NCBI GenBank assembly: GCA_000934665.2
Contig: JYFJ02003402.1
Coordinates: 1-42,362, forward strand
Source: Catajapyx aquilonaris
Lineage: Eukaryota
Length of the DNA stretch: 42,362 nt
Direction of reading: 5' to 3'
The translations under genes and the position numbers were made by a program. The notes under the pieces are model-generated. The model had not been told where the DNA came from, ran no database searches, and worked only from the letters and a program-made list of their open reading frames with translations. Positions 11,601 to 34,850 of this stretch are shown one piece after another; within the stretch, counting starts at the first letter, position 1, and each line of letters opens with the position of its first letter.

Positions 11601-13080
11601 ATAGCACGTGTACCACATAGTCAGACAAGAGCTTATCCGAAAATGAAGATGCCAGTAAGGGGCGAGAAGCCAGAGTCACCAGAGCAGGAAGGGATGATGG
11701 ATGTGCTGACGTCACTAGGTAGCATCGCCTTATCTGAAAGAAATTATTACTGTTGTACATGGTAACTGCTTTAAAAAATAATCATGACCTGGGATGAATA
11801 TAGTGATGGGAACAAAAGATATGAGTAATACTTGGAATATGTGACTCCATAATTGGGAACATGACTTGAATAGTGTTTTCAGGCCAGAAAAACACTATGA
11901 GGAAACCACTGAGGGAATACCTGAAGAAATCTGATGTTGCAATAATTATTGAGTTCTTGAATACAGCTATGCCCTTCCAGGATTCCCCTCTAAAGGCAGG
12001 CATGACTGACACTGGCATATATGAATTTTCCTCAAGGTTTTGGCATTCATAATAAGATTTTCAGCTTTTAAACAGGTCAAAAGCCAAAGAGATTCTGGTC
12101 AAATTCCATGTTTGCAGGGATAATAAATTTCTCACAGGAGAAAAGAAAGGCTTCTCTCCTGGTCTCNNNNNNNCCCCCCCCAATACGTTTGAATTCTTTT
12201 TCTGGATGGAAAAGATATGATATACCTGTGAGTACAAGCCATGAGATACAAGTTGTCCCATCAAGTTGGCACCAAGCCGGCTCATACCAGCTCCAAGCTC
12301 TTCAGCCAACCCCTTTTGTTTAAGTGCTGGCCAGCCCTTCCCACTGCTGGTAAATGCCAGCACTGCCCTAAGCAAAACACGCCGCCTCCTTCGTCCAGCT
12401 GCTCCAACGACTCCTTCTCCAGGTACCACCAGAGCACAGCAGCAGAGCCACAACAGGCGCTTAAGATGTGCCAGCCAGTCCAGGGTGTGCTGTGGGTTGA
12501 GCGCAACTCCAATGTAGCTCATCCTGGCTCGAACATTGGAGAGGCCAGAGAGGAGGACACGGCAAAGGCGTTCCAGTCTGGGTGAGTCTTCTGGATGAGA
12601 GTAGATGCGAACCAGACCACGGGCAGCCACAAAAACATCAATGCCAGGTGGTGGTGGAATGGGTGTGGGAGATGAACAAGAAGAATGGTCATCTTCTTCT
12701 GGGTCAAAAAGCTCCTCCTCACCCTGATCCAGCCAGCACTGAGGATTGGATTCACCTTCCCAGATGCAGCCCTCTGGAAGCAAGTTATCAAACTCCTTCC
12801 TGCAAGCACAAAATTGAGAATAAAATGGCAGCAACAGCTCACAAACGTACCTGATTCATTTTCTTGACACTTGCCTGAGAGTGGCTTTGACCTGCCTCCT
12901 ACATGCCCAGCCTCTGACATATGCTTGCACTTTTGTCGCAGAAGCTTCCTTCTGCTTCTCCATGGCTCTCTCTTCACGAGCTAACTTTGCCTGCTCCAGA
13001 AAGGCCTCCTTCTTCACCCCACCTCCTCCCACTCCTCCTCCCCCGCCTTTGCCTCCTCCAATAAATGTTTCGGATGACAT
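8070..13080 (-). CDS. UBE3B: Ubiquitin-protein ligase E3B (IQ motif + HECT domain), 1113 aa
   Basis: Exons 13080-12875, 12799-12226, 11733-11461, 11310-10954, 10876-10268, 10181-9810, 9711-9211, 9105-8829 and 8242-8070 (3342 nt, open frame). Motifs: [14 protein letters not shown] motif [39 protein letters not shown] and catalytic [10 protein letters not shown]...TGFELS*. Coding introns 1 and 5 need GC donors. An acceptor at 13091 (CTTAATAG|) just upstream of ATG 13080 argues that the ATG at 13143 is intronic. Confidence 0.95.
8329..8696 (+). mobile_element. tRNA-derived SINE, full length, copy 1 (last UBE3B intron, antisense to host)
   Basis: Head with A-box-like AGTGGCGCCGCGG and B box GGTTCAATCC, uninterrupted 49-nt poly-A (8648-8696), 11-bp TSD GTCAGATTTTA (8318-8328, 8697-8707). 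Homologous to 28269-28620. Confidence 0.92.
12167..12173. other. Assembly gap (7 N) inside UBE3B coding intron 2
   Basis: Run of n characters next to a poly-C tract; the flanking exons join in frame without it. Confidence 0.99.
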
Positions 13081-14435
13081 TGGGGATGTCCTATTAAGCA
13101 AGAAAGACAACATCTCAGACTGCGATCTGTGAGTCATGTTCATTTCACACTATCAATATTACGTCATATTGCTTGCAATTATTCATCAGCTGCACATGAC
13201 TGTGTGGGGCACATTTAAAATGAAAACATTCCTTGAAATTCGAGCTTGTGGGGTATTGAAGAGTTAACCCCTTTGCTTTTAATCGTACACCTGATCATGA
13301 TTATTTGTGAATAAGCAAAATCCTTTGTCACATGGGTACAACAGAGCCACCTTATGTGATTCAGTGTGATTACACAACAAAGGATGAGTAAATAAGAGGT
13401 TAATTTAAGAGGTGCTAACCTATGTAAAACATCCATCAAAAAACCATGGCGTCAGAGAGTCCTGCATTTGACAGCAAATGTCAGACATTGCATGCCAAAA
13501 TGTGAGATGTTGGGTGTGATAGTGTGGACAACTTCCAAGAAATAATTTCAACCAGGATGATGTCCTAAACCAAAATTTGAAAACCTGTATACATTTCAGA
13601 ACCTATTCGCCTTGTTGCTTAGTGCAGGTAAATAAGATGGGTATGAGCAGTATGAGGAACACAATATGGTTCTGGCCTCTGTCTGAAATGTTTTGTTTGA
13701 GAACCTTAGGCTTGCAGAAAATACAATGATTTTAACTAGGTTATAGCTCTGCAGTATATGCATATGGCCATACCAGTTTTGGTATGCCATAGTGCACATG
13801 CCAAAAGGAACCCAAGACAATGCACCTGGATGCCTCAGCAGCTGATTCCATTGTATTCTAACCTTCCCTTATTATGATTCGACAAAATGTATTTTGCTCC
13901 CTTTGTTTGCAAGTTGGCATAATTCCACCCCACATCATCCGCTTTGTTACAAGCGCCTGTTGCTGGCGAAGGTGGGCTAGTCCCCACCGTGACCTACTGT
14001 CCCAACTACTGTGTGGACACAGTCACCCTTTCTATTCTATACCAGTGATCCTGGGGTGTGTCCAGCGATGCCTGCGGATCAGCTGTCGCCTGCTGCAGCT
14101 GGCCAGGTCCCTCCTCCTCCTCCTCCTCCTCCCCCTCCAGACATCTTCGTCACTCGTGCTGGTCTCTGCCCAGCAAACGACGACACAGCATGGGGACAGG
14201 CAGGCAGGTCAGACGACCCTCCCTCCCTGAACAGCGCTCCTCACCAACGCCTCCTATCTCCCAGTCTTTCCCTTGTGCTGTGCACCACCTTCCTTGCGTC
14301 TCTGGTCCTTGTTGTTGCTGCCTGCTAGCTGTTGACTGTTGTTGTTGCTCAACAGCCCTACTTCTCGCCGTGTCGGTCACTGAGCTCACTGCTGCCAACT
14401 CCTGCCGGCAGAGGCGCACCTATCGGATCTGACCC

Positions 14436-14451
14436 TGCTGCCATCTGCCGG
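14436..14451 (-). promoter_or_regulatory. CTCF-like motif in the UBE3B/CCDC157 divergent promoter region
   Basis: Minus strand CCGGCAGATGGCAGCA fits the CTCF consensus CCRSYAGRKGGCRS. Confidence 0.4.
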
Positions 14452-14727
14452 GACTAGAACACAGGCGCCACTTACAATATTTTCAGCTCGTCTTCGCAAC
14501 CGAGTTTTGTCCTGACCCGAGCCCACACCCAGGTGATTCTCCTTTATTGCCCGAAATGTGACTGAATATACCCCCCTTTTGCAGGCAGGGGGTACCAAAC
14601 ACCGACATTTATCTTGAGCCGCGTATGGTTGCTATTTTCGGTCCACTTTCATTGGGAGGAATATTCGACCCTTCTCTAAGGAAACCACGGTGTGTCAATT
14701 TGTAACAATGGGCCCAGTACATGTGCA

Positions 14728-14741
14728 GTTTCCGTGGCAAC
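14728..14741. promoter_or_regulatory. RFX X-box about 100 bp upstream of the CCDC157 ATG
   Basis: GTTTCCGTGGCAAC, a near-perfect match to the palindromic X-box GTTNCCATGGNAAC. Confidence 0.6.
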
Positions 14742-14839
14742 CTAGGCAATTCCTGCGCAGGACAATAAGCAGCAGAGCCCTACAAACCAGCAATACAGAG
14801 TGATTGCAGCCTGCACTTGGGGTTATATTTGTCGCCAAT

Positions 14840-17736
14840 ATGGTGCGTCTCCATCTGCAGCAGGAGAAGGTTACTCAGGGGAAGAGCAAAATCCCGGTTC
14901 CTCAGGGGAAATATAAAAACCCGGAGAGCAACAAGGAGCAGGCCAGTATGAAAAAGAGTACAGTCAAGTTATGCCAAACCCAGAAGATTGCTGCCCTTAG
15001 AAAGGCCTCAAAATCTACAGTGGCAAAAACTGGCCCAGGAGTGGCTCAAGATTCTAAGGACAAGCTGGAAGACAATGGTTTAACCGAAAGAGAAGTGAGC
15101 ATAACCCTGGAGGTCTGCAATAACATGGAGCCATCCATTCGCCAGGTGGTCCAGTGCATCGGAGCCATCATGAGCGACCTAGGCCCAGGTGTACACCCAG
15201 AGCATTTAATAGAAAGCAACTCCAAGTCCAACCTGGAAGCCTCTGGCACTAGCCTGAGTTCCAGTCTCTTCGGAGAGCAGGTGTGGTCCTGGATGGACCC
15301 AACAGTACCTCCTCATCTGATCGACGCCAAGGAAGTGCTGGCCAATGCTTATGATGAATACGACCAGAAGAAAAATCCATACCTCCTCCAGACAACCATG
15401 ATGAGGCTGCTCCTGGACAAATCGTTCTTCTTCATGGTACTCTGCAAGCAGTATGTGGAGTCTCTTCTGTTACTTTTGAGGCCCATTAGTTCATCATCAT
15501 GGTCCGGAGGCACAAGCAGCTCTTGGGTGAACCTGCCTGATGTCAGATCCAGCTATGGGTCAGCAGTCAGGGCTCTATATCGAAGGTTGTTTCAACTTAG
15601 GCAGGATGTGGTGCCTCTCTGGAAGGCACAGGTCTATGGTGAGATTGAAAGGTGCAGTGCTGAGCAGCAGGAGCAGAAGCGGGGGAAAACGCAGAGCACA
15701 CGCATATACAAGTCATCACGCACCGAACAGCGTACTAGGGGCCTGCAGACTGATGAGTGTTGCCTTGCCTGTTGTGTCAATTGCCACGACTCTCTTCAAG
15801 CATTGGTTGGCGTTTATGAGGTAGGCAATAATATCCCAGGTGCAATAATCAATTTCAACTGTTTTCCATGTCTCCTATTAGGTTATGGAAAATATCACTA
15901 AAAGTGCCTTTAGTGATATAGACATAGCTGATGAGGAGGAGGAAAAAGAAAGCAAGTGTGCCGGGGTAGTTGGTGCACAGGGTGACGGAATGGGTGTGAC
16001 ACAGGGTGGTGACAGTGAACCAGCTTGGGAAGACATGGCCGATTGGGATGATGGCTGGTTTACTGAGATGTCAGCTTTGGCCAAGGGTGACTCTCTGTCG
16101 AAATCATGTCCCAGTCGTTGGTCGACAATCCGACAGTGGATTGACCTCGTGAAGAAAGATGCCCATGGTCTCTCTACACGCTTGACAAAACTAAAGGTAG
16201 TCTTGATTACGATGCTGCAGGAAACTGACAGTAATAAATATGAGGCACAAGACATGAGGAAGAAACTACAAGAGGAGAGAGCTCTTTCCCTCAAGAGAGA
16301 AATGCAGATCAAGATACTGGATGAGAATTCCCACGCAAGAAGTATGTATTTCGGGTGTGCCTTATTTTGACTATTTCATTATTAAACAAAAGGCCACACT
16401 ATTTTCAAACAATAAATCTTTAGACTGACTGTGAGAATAGCAAAGGAGCACTTTTATTAGGAATATTCAGTAGATGCCATATGATTTTATCACAGTTTTT
16501 TTTATTGTCAGCCAAGGAGAGAGCTGAAATACAAGAAAAATTACAGGCCAGCCTCAGGCATGTGAAAACACTGCAAAGTCAACTTCTTCAAAAAGAAACA
16601 GCGTTGTCAGAAAAGAAGGCAGAACTACGTCGACTTGCAAGCCACTGGAAGTTTGCCAAGGTGATTTTTCGATATAGTGATATACGTACTTTGCCCCTCA
16701 AATGGATCAATTAATGAGCAAAACATTCACTCATAATACACTTGGATTTTACTTATTTTAGAAAGAGGCCACGGACTATTTGTCTACAATTTGGCGGCAG
16801 ACAGAAGTAATTTTGGACCTGAAGAGTCTCATGAATCAGAAACATAAGGAAGTTCAAGGCCTGAGTGTGGTAGCTCATCTAGTCCCTCGTCTGACGTCTG
16901 TTATTCAGAAGCTAAATTCAGCAAATCATGAACTACAGGTTGGTATTATTACTTCAATATCTATACATGCAACTTACGTTCAAGTCGGTACTTTTATCTG
17001 GCCAACATCAAACAACAAAACTTCCTCTGAATTATTTATATCGTCAGCCTACTGTCTTCAATGTGAATAGTGTGTTTGACTCTTAACCCTTGATTGGGAT
17101 CTAGATTATTAAGGAGCTTATTTTTGTCATCACCGCCTGCGAGGTCAGCAGTGTTATTTGGCTTTGAGCAATATTTTGTACTCTGTTAATATTTCACAAG
17201 CAAAATAATTATTGTTTTTGAAGCCTTTTTACATTTATCACCAATCATATTATTTTATCAAACCAAGTAATCACATGTCATTAACGCAGGACCAACTAGT
17301 AAGGCAACATGGTACATATCTCAGGCAGCAAGCCAGGTTGAAAGCATTAAGACTGGAAGGTCCCAAACCAATGCCTCAACGGCATCGAAATGATCATGAT
17401 AACTGTCGTTATAAAGCCCTTGAGAGTGAGGTTGAAAGGTTGAGGGCACAGCTCCAAGAGAGCCGAGAACGAGAGATGCAGCTCCTTCAATATCCTGATC
17501 TTAATGGACCTATAGAAGAAGAGAAAAAATCACAGAAGAATGATGAGGATCAAGACGAGGAAGAAAGGGCAGCAGAGGATGAAGAAGAAGACTTAGTTAG
17601 GGAGATGTCAGGTCAGTTGAAGGCCAACCAGCTGCGGGTATCGCTCTTGCAGGAGCAGAATGTTCGCCTGGAGCGAGCTCTCCAGAAGCTCCAACATATG
17701 CAGAAGAAACAGTCCAGGAGAGGGCGTAGAGACTAG
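14840..17736 (+). CDS. CCDC157: Coiled-coil domain-containing protein 157-like, 737 aa
   Basis: Exons 14840-15820, 15882-16341, 16512-16660, 16762-16938 and 17290-17736, all GT-AG and phase-consistent (0,1,0,0), total 2214 nt. Long coiled-coil segments. The C-terminal EREMQLLQYPDL and EMSGQLKANQLRVSLLQEQNVRL resemble the CCDC157 motifs (ERLLVxFPDL, DMExQLQANxIRIxVLxEENxRL) as I recall them. Confidence 0.8.
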
Positions 17737-17930
17737 AAGTAGGTGCCGCTCCTTCAAACCAGCCCCTCATGCTGCCCATGGTAGGTTAACTATTTTGGAT
17801 GTTCAGCCTTTTCTATCTCCAATTGCTTTATTCCCTATTACAGCAGTGTTCATACATTCCTTTAATGCACCCACCAATCAATTGGGGAAGTTTCCTGTAC
17901 AAAACCCGCTGAACTGTTTCTCTTTACTTT

Positions 17931-17936
17931 TTTATT
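17931..17936 (-). terminator. Likely distal SERCA polyadenylation signal (AATAAA)
   Basis: TTTATT on the plus strand within an AT-rich patch (17925-17980) at the end of the ~1.9-kb region following the SERCA stop at 19813. Confidence 0.45.
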
Positions 17937-19752
17937 CATATATTTATAATATATTTTCATCTTTATATATTTATTTATTTTCCTTTCCCCCCCTCTGAGG
18001 TCTACATGAGCGACAGCCACAGGTGTCACAGCCACGAGGGCCACCACTACCTGCAGCGATGTTGCCCGACTGACTAATGGACTCCTTCCTTCCATCAGCC
18101 GGTGCGCAACAGAGACAAGAGACAGTCACGACTTGCAGAGTGAAATAATAACATTACAACAAATAATAACAATTTTTCCTTTCTTTCGCTTGGCTCGACT
18201 TGACTTGGTTTGCTGCGAGTGCGATGTGCCGCTCTAAGCAGCAGCACGTCAGGACTTTACAACGGAAATGGGATATATGGGACAGAGAGCACGGTACAAG
18301 TACAGTACAGGGGAACAATTAAGACATGCCGCACAGAAAACATTCAGGAAGTGGCGAAGGAGATACTTCTCCATCTACGGGACGTCAACACCAACAATTT
18401 AAGATCATTCCCCAACCCTCCCCGAAGGCCAATTTCATGTGATACATTGAGGTTACGTGCATTTTTATGCATCTGTCATCATTGTCGTCGTCCTCTTATT
18501 ATCAAAGCTAATAGGTAGCTCAGCGCCTGGAGTCAAAAGTACAGTTGGATGTCACTCGCCTACAAGGAGAGTGGCCTACACACACGTCGTCTTTTCTACA
18601 TTTTTTTCTCCTTATTTGTAATGTAGAGTAAATGTTCAAGTCCTCTCTTTACTACCAAGTTCATCGTCATCACGGTTCTTCTTCGTCCCTAGGGGTCGAT
18701 GAGTCCGTTTCACTCACACTTTTTGGATTGGTTCTCATGGGTGCTCCCGAGTTCGGGAGTGGAGGGAACATGTAATAATAATATTAATAATAATGAAGGA
18801 AAAGGAAGAGAAAGAGGTAACAGAAAAGAGAAGGAATAGAGAATGGACTTGGGGTGGAAGATCCCTTGGACAAGGGAAGGAAGAAAGAGAAGCACACATG
18901 CTCTCAGAAGGATGAGAGCACAAACCCGTTTTGAGGATGAGAGCTGTACCACATCATCACTGTCGTCGTCATCTTCTCGGTTGGTCTTTGTGTCAAGGAT
19001 GCCCTTGAAGTTGGGCATCGTCTTCTTGCATGAGCAATAAAACTCAGCCACTCTCCCAGGGCATTCTTGAGTAGGCGACAGATGATGAATGACTTGCCAG
19101 ATGAACGACCGATGCCACCATGATCTCAGGAGTTGCCCAAGAGGAAATCAAAGGTAGGTGGGGTGGAGGTAAGGGTTGGAGGGCAACTCTCAGAGGCATT
19201 TGCTACTCGTGTGCGTTGTAGGAAAAGGTAGTGGAAGAAGGAAATGTTTCCTGTACAAGGATGCGCACAGGAAATAGGAAATAGCCAATATGGCTCGCTC
19301 CTCAGTCAACCAGAGAAAGAGGTAGGTTAGAATCATTATATTACATAGAGTACAAGGCGAAGATGAAGGAAACAGCTACAGTTGGAATAGAACAGCTAGA
19401 AGAGAAGGATGAGAAGAAGAGATTGTGAAGAGGAAGAAATAGTAGAAGAAGAAGAAGGAAGGAAGTAAGAGAGAAGAAAAGAGTCAGAGTGACTACCACT
19501 TGGAATCAAGTATGAAATTGGTGGGGTGCTGTGGTTAGGTTAGAGAGACTGTTGCTTAGGGAGCGAGCGGGTATTTGTTGCTGCTTGTTCATTGGATTGT
19601 GCGGCCAGACGGCGGGGAAATATTGTTAGATAAAAGGGTAGATGGATAGATTTAGAGGGTAAGACGTGGCACTAGTGCGGCGCCGGGAGCGTAGGGACGG
19701 TCCAGCCGCTGCCTCCGCTTCCGCCGCCACCTCAGCCAGTCATGGCCATAAC

Positions 19753-19778
19753 CACAGCCACAGCCACAGCCACAGCCA
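19753..19778. repeat. (CACAGC)4 hexamer microsatellite in the SERCA 3'UTR
   Basis: CACAGCCACAGCCACAGCCACAGCCA read directly. Confidence 0.85.
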
Positions 19779-19812
19779 TCAACCCCGGGCCCGTCGCAAC
19801 TTCCACCACCGC

Positions 19813-31408
<11,596 letters not shown>

Positions 31409-32985
31409 TTTGGTGGAACGGGATGTGCTGCTTCCCGCTTTCGGTCCTTCGCCTCCTCTTCAGAGGCCTCCTGCCCTCCTCACACTGGCCCACACGCACC
31501 TGTTTCTAGGTGCCCTGCAACAAGACAAGTCAGGTGTCAGTAACAAATGCCAACTAATGGTGTACTGATGACGCTTCCAGCAAATCGCAACATTGGACCC
31601 CAACTTGCAACAAACTCACCCTCACCGCAGACAGAGAGAGAAAGAGAGAGAGCTTCTGCCCAGAGTAGTACCCCTGATGCACTACCTCTTATGCAATTTG
31701 CTGGACTGCACTCAAGGACCACCTCCTCCTCCTAACCCTCTGCCATACCATACCCCCTCCCTCCCCACCTGTTATTAGCCCTTAAGCCAAACTTTCTTGG
31801 CACCTGCCTGAAATCTCCCTAATTCCTGCGCACCCTATTTTTGAGAACCCCCCCTGGAGCTAGCCAGTCTCCTGCTCCAAAGTGGGCCCTCTTCATTACC
31901 ACACTGCTTCCAACAGTCCCCTCCTCACATAACCAGCTTTCATTTTGCTGCCAGAAATTGCATTGCAAATGTAACAGAATTATCAAAAAACCTACACCTT
32001 ACTTGTGACGACTAATCTGTGATGCAGCGTTGAAGAACAATCCTTCCTTTTTTGTCAGCACCAGGAAATCACCTGCTAGCTTTTTGTCAATGGATATCAA
32101 TGTCGAAAATCTATGGCTCAATTATACAGTTGTCAATCTATTGAGTTAAAAGCATTGTGAGTGAATAAATATTAGCACTTGTATCCACGTTTGGCATCAT
32201 AGTCCAGTCCTCTTTGTTCAAAAATGTTACATAAAGCAACGAGACTGCCAACATTTCCCAGGTTTTGCGCAAGAGCAGTAAAAAGTATTGCTCTAACACC
32301 ACTGAACAACTGAATTGACAGGCATATGACATAATGGGCCAATAACTTAGAACGTTACTAACAATTTAGTGATTGCGAACGTGAAAACCAATTATTGAGG
32401 TGCACGTTACATGTAATCTGCCCAGTCATTTTATGTCAGCATTATCCGGGATATGAATTGACCCTTGAGGCATTAACAATTGATAAGCAAGATTTGACCA
32501 GTTCATCAAGAAATATGCTTTAGCCAGCATGCCTCAACACCTCTTATCATTCAGGTCGGGCATCCCGTAACATGTACCTGTCATATACCTACGTCAAATC
32601 TGACCTAATCTCTGAAGCGGGGATGAAGACACTCGGTAAGCATCGAACCCCCCACTATCTGCAAGTGTGTTCCAAAGCTATGATGCAATACAAACAACCT
32701 ATGCCTCCTGCAAGTTATCAAACAGCTGACTAGGCCCAGACACATGCTTCATTATGCATGTTACTGGAATCAGCTGATTAACACATGATGACACAGACCT
32801 CACCGATTGAACAATCGATACAACACTATTGCGAGGTGACCAGCAAGACTACCTCGCCCCATTACAATGCGGTTTTTCGCACCCCCCTTCCCCCCCTCCC
32901 TCATAGGTGCGTTCTATTTCTCCCCCCTCCCTCCCTCATAACATGTACGATGTACTCCCCCCCATTTCGATTAAACCCAACTCAC

Positions 32986-33250
32986 GGAGCGATCCGACGT
33001 GTCCCGTAGTGAGAGCGTGGCGCACTGGGCGGAAATCCGGGGCCGAGGAACGGGAATGGGGGGGGGGAGTGAGGGCACACTGGGGAGGGAGTTTTCAGGT
33101 GGGGGTTGCGGGGGTATCCACGCGTCTGCACACTGCCAAGCACCTCGAGGGTTAATAGGGTGCAACAGAGAGACCAGGGGCGGCCCGCAGTCCTTTCCTA
33201 CCAGCACAAACGAAGAGGATTCCTTTTCCCTCCGGCCCTAAGCAGCAGAA
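32986..33250 (-). other. Candidate non-coding SERCA first exon A (5' end approximate)
   Basis: Donor TCC|GTGAGT at 32985, CpG-rich, downstream of CCAAT/E-box elements; would splice to acceptor TTGTTGCAG| at 31515. Confidence 0.5.
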
Positions 33251-33280
33251 CTGGCAATCAGGGTCTCCAGCGCAGACTCA

Positions 33281-33322
33281 TGTGGACTCTCGCTATTGGG
33301 GCATGGGAGCGGTCACGTGACC
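33281..33322 (-). promoter_or_regulatory. ERSE-type element plus palindromic E-box
   Basis: Minus strand CCAAT-AGCGAGAGT-CCACA (33299-33281, spacer exactly 9 nt) and 12-bp palindrome GGTCACGTGACC (33311-33322). Confidence 0.6.
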
Positions 33323-34456
33323 TGACCCCCTCCCCACCTCCTGCCACCTCTTCCCCTCCCTCTACCCTACTTCACATTGTGACGTAGTTTCCGAACGGGC
33401 CGTTGCCAGGTCGAAGGAATGCCCGCCACCGGGTTCAAACACTAGGCTACGGATTTCAAGTTGCAGCTACCCATGATTAACTAGAGATGATCTATCTGGC
33501 TTCCATGCAATTAGGGGTTCGCATAGGCTGGCGTGACGGCATGGTGCATGATTAATGAATGGAGTTCAGCAAGTGTTGGTATAAATTATTGCCAGAAGAT
33601 CATTTTATGCAAATTACTGAGGCTTGAGTTGCATAGAGAAGAGAGACTCTCTAGCATAGAGCGGCCAAGCTGTGGGGGTCATTGACGATTTCACGTGAAA
33701 TTGAAAGGTTTTTTAAAAAAATTGAATGCTTTGTGCTCACTCGAGGTTGGTAGTACTCTAGAAAGCTATCTATTTCGTAATGTTAAAGGGCACAAAAAGC
33801 TTATCAAAAAAAATAAATTAATCGACTGCTTGAAATTATCAGTGGCGGATAACTTTCCAATAGCGAATGAAGCCACTTTCGGCATTTGCTCTGGTCATTT
33901 CATCACTTACACTACAAGCAACACACCCTCCAGCAGAAGAAATTCTACCTCCCTGGGCAATTGTGATGCTCGGAAGAGCACCCAAAATACACGCCAACTA
34001 ACCCCCAGCCCTGCCGCGGCTTCCAAAACAGAACTACTTGGCACAGCAGCGCATGAGCGCGCATTATGTAAACTGATGTAACTGCTGTTGCGAAGCATGC
34101 CGCCAATTCCGAGCCTCTCAATTGCCCATTACTTCAACTGTACTTGTGTGATTATTACAGTACCGTCCTCGGACACTCCCATCAAATGCGATACCATACT
34201 CTTTCTCTTTCTCTCTCATTCGTTCTAAGCACAGTCGTCTTGTAGTCTCCGTAGTTTATCCCTGGCTCCGTGGCACTTGTCACTTTCACTGAATACACTT
34301 TGGCTCCCAAAAAATTGCCAATAAAAAACTCACGCCCGAACCAAAAAATCCAGGTCCACTTTTTCGTAGGGGGTGAAAAATCCAGGGCAGTAAAATAAAG
34401 TGTTGAAAAAGAGTGGGTGGGAGTAGTTTGTCCACTGTTAGGGAGGTGAAACTTAC

Positions 34457-34850
34457 CGAGGCAATGTGGATGGAGTGTCCTTCCTACCTTCTTCCCGTTG
34501 GGGAGAGAAGGGTTAGGGCGATATGGAGGGAACACACAGCACGGGATGGGCGATTGGCCCAGGGGCAAGTCTAGGGAAGGAAGGAGCGCCGACGCTGCTC
34601 GCCACTGTCTTTTATCAACTCCTTCGCCAGAGACATCTAACCAACCCAGCCGATACTGCAGCGCCGTGGTACCGACGATGGGACCGTTTCTTTTTTTGCC
34701 TCAAGGCCTTCCTCCCCACCCACCTAACCTGCCTACCCCTGACGACGCCTGACGCCGTCGACGCCTGCCTACCTAGGGCCCGGACCAACGCAGCTGAGCA
34801 GCCTCTTCTTCTCCCAGAGCTAAAATTGGCCGCTAATTCGGCCAAGGGGC
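34457..34850 (-). other. Candidate non-coding SERCA first exon B (5' end approximate)
   Basis: Consensus donor TCG|GTAAGT at 34456 closing a CpG-rich block; TATA-like TATATGTATAG near 34865-34875. Confidence 0.45.

Noticed and set aside
12856..12858. In-frame TGA as possible selenocysteine or pseudogenising stop in UBE3B
   Set aside because: It is removed by the GC-AG intron; no SECIS was recognised and the rest of the gene is intact.
13081..13143. Upstream in-frame ATG extending UBE3B (MNMTHRSQ...)
   Set aside because: A good splice acceptor at 13091 places it in the 5'UTR intron.
19732..19812. In-frame hydrophobic extension after the distal SERCA stop (AVVEVATGPGLMAVAVAVAVVMAMTG*), suggesting stop-codon readthrough
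   Set aside because: TAA-G is a poor readthrough context and the hydrophobicity comes from a (GCTGTG)n microsatellite.
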